Assembly: GCA_964304625.1 (NCBI GenBank) | Contig: OZ199838.1 | Location: 3,436,440-3,500,439, forward strand | From: Kudoa neothunni | Taxonomy: Eukaryota; Animalia; Cnidaria | DNA length: 64,000 nt | Direction: 5' to 3' | Shown: positions 62,950-64,000 of the stretch, piece by piece | Layout: each line of letters starts with the position of its first letter | Numbering within the stretch: the first letter of the stretch is position 1 | The notes under the pieces: generated by a model | Told to the model about the DNA's origin: nothing | The model's database searches: none | The model's input: only the letters and a program-made list of their open reading frames with translations | Made by a program: the position numbers and the translations under genes

Positions 62950-64000
62950 ATGGGTGCACAAACGAAGGACGGTAATGTTGATATTAACTTGGCGCGTTAT
63001 TAACACATCTCATCCAACTAGAAATTGATCGTGAAGTTGATGAAATACGAGATAAACGAAAAAAGTTAAACACCAAACGTTTCGATAATCCAGTAAGTGA
63101 AAAGAGTTTGTTATATTGAATGGTAGTTTCTATAATTTGCTTAATATAGAATCCTGTGAACAGTCAAAATTATGACAAAAATATCTATCAACCGAATGAC
63201 AAGTAATTTACATTGACTTATTCTTTAGAGATTGGCCAATTTTCATAGTATGGATGATTATGTGCAGTCGATACCAACAACCGACCAATTGGATGACAAT
63301 GATCATCAAGATATTGTCGTAAGATCTTCGAATGGCAAGTTGAAAACATTTTCCGCCCCAAGTGATGTTTATTCAGAAATTGAAGCCGCTGGGAGAGATG
63401 TATTAAAAATTGTTATATTTTTACACACCATATGAATTACAATTAATTAGGATGACCCTATGGAACCGTACAGAAAACCTACAATTGCCAGTAGAGAAAA
63501 TTCCTACCAAAATCGACGATTCAATCAAGTTTTATCACCCTCAAGAGCAGATCCTTTTGCTGATGGTGGTAAAACGCCGCGTGTAAAACCGCAAGAATTG
63601 TCATCAACTGGATCCAATGATAGAAGTTATTCTGATGTGATGAAGGAGGTGAGTTTGAAAAACCAGGAGAAAGAAATCTATAGAGAGATAAGGGAGAAAG
63701 CAAAAACAGGCGAGTTAAAAGTTCACCATGAGATTGGTGACGATGAGGATGAAGCTTTTAAAAAACCCTCACGAAAGAGAGTTTCTTATGCACAGGATAC
63801 TCAATTGGAGGGGGATGATGTTAAAAAAGTTGCACCAACTGAAGCTGATTTGCTAAGGACTCCAGGTCCAGATACAAAGTTGTGGGCAGCTACACCTATG
63901 ATTTCGACCGGCGAAAAAATAAAAACAGTTGAGAGTTTGTTTAAGGAGGTTAAAGATGAACAATCAATTAATGATAACAAACCAGCAACAGCTATGATGG
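62950..64000 (+). CDS. SF3B1: Splicing factor 3B subunit 1, 5' part (runs off the window)
   Basis: DYVQSIP..DDPMEPYRKPTIASRENSYQNRR..LSPSRADPFADGGKTP..RSYSDVMKE..EKEIYREIREKAKTGELKV matches the SF3B1 N-terminus. Confidence 0.92.

Overview
This is eukaryotic, very AT-rich genomic DNA from a compact animal genome. Most genes are split by GT-AG mini-introns of about 30-60 nt, so the ORF track shows only exon fragments; I stitched the gene models by eye and boundaries are approximate. Lgl, Vav and ETS genes indicate a metazoan. Tiny introns, tight gene spacing and divergent proteins suggest a reduced parasitic lineage such as Myxozoa, but that is inference only. Recognisable genes in order: LLGL (+), THG1L (-), CEBPZ/Mak21 (-), a TARG1/OARD1-like macrodomain (-), an unidentified spliced gene (-), two tandem intronless IF3 C-domain proteins (-), TMEM170 (+), FHIT (-), a secreted Cys-rich orphan (+), NCAPG (-), an ETS factor (+), CLASP (-), EIF4B (-), VAV (+), IDI1 (-) and the 5' part of SF3B1 (+). 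Intergenic DNA holds a MULE-like relic, pogo/Tigger elements, MITEs and two minisatellites. The best leads are: a Vav with an exon-duplicated second SH2 lacking the pTyr-binding Arg; two divergent mitochondrial IF3 proteins lacking the N-domain; a pseudo-catalytic macrodomain 67 nt upstream of CEBPZ; an eIF4B with fungal-like DWxxAR repeats; a Tigger transposase carrying host-type mini-introns; a recurrent NRF1-like motif at gene starts; and a possible HDV-like ribozyme at the window start. No CRISPR array or prokaryotic system is present.
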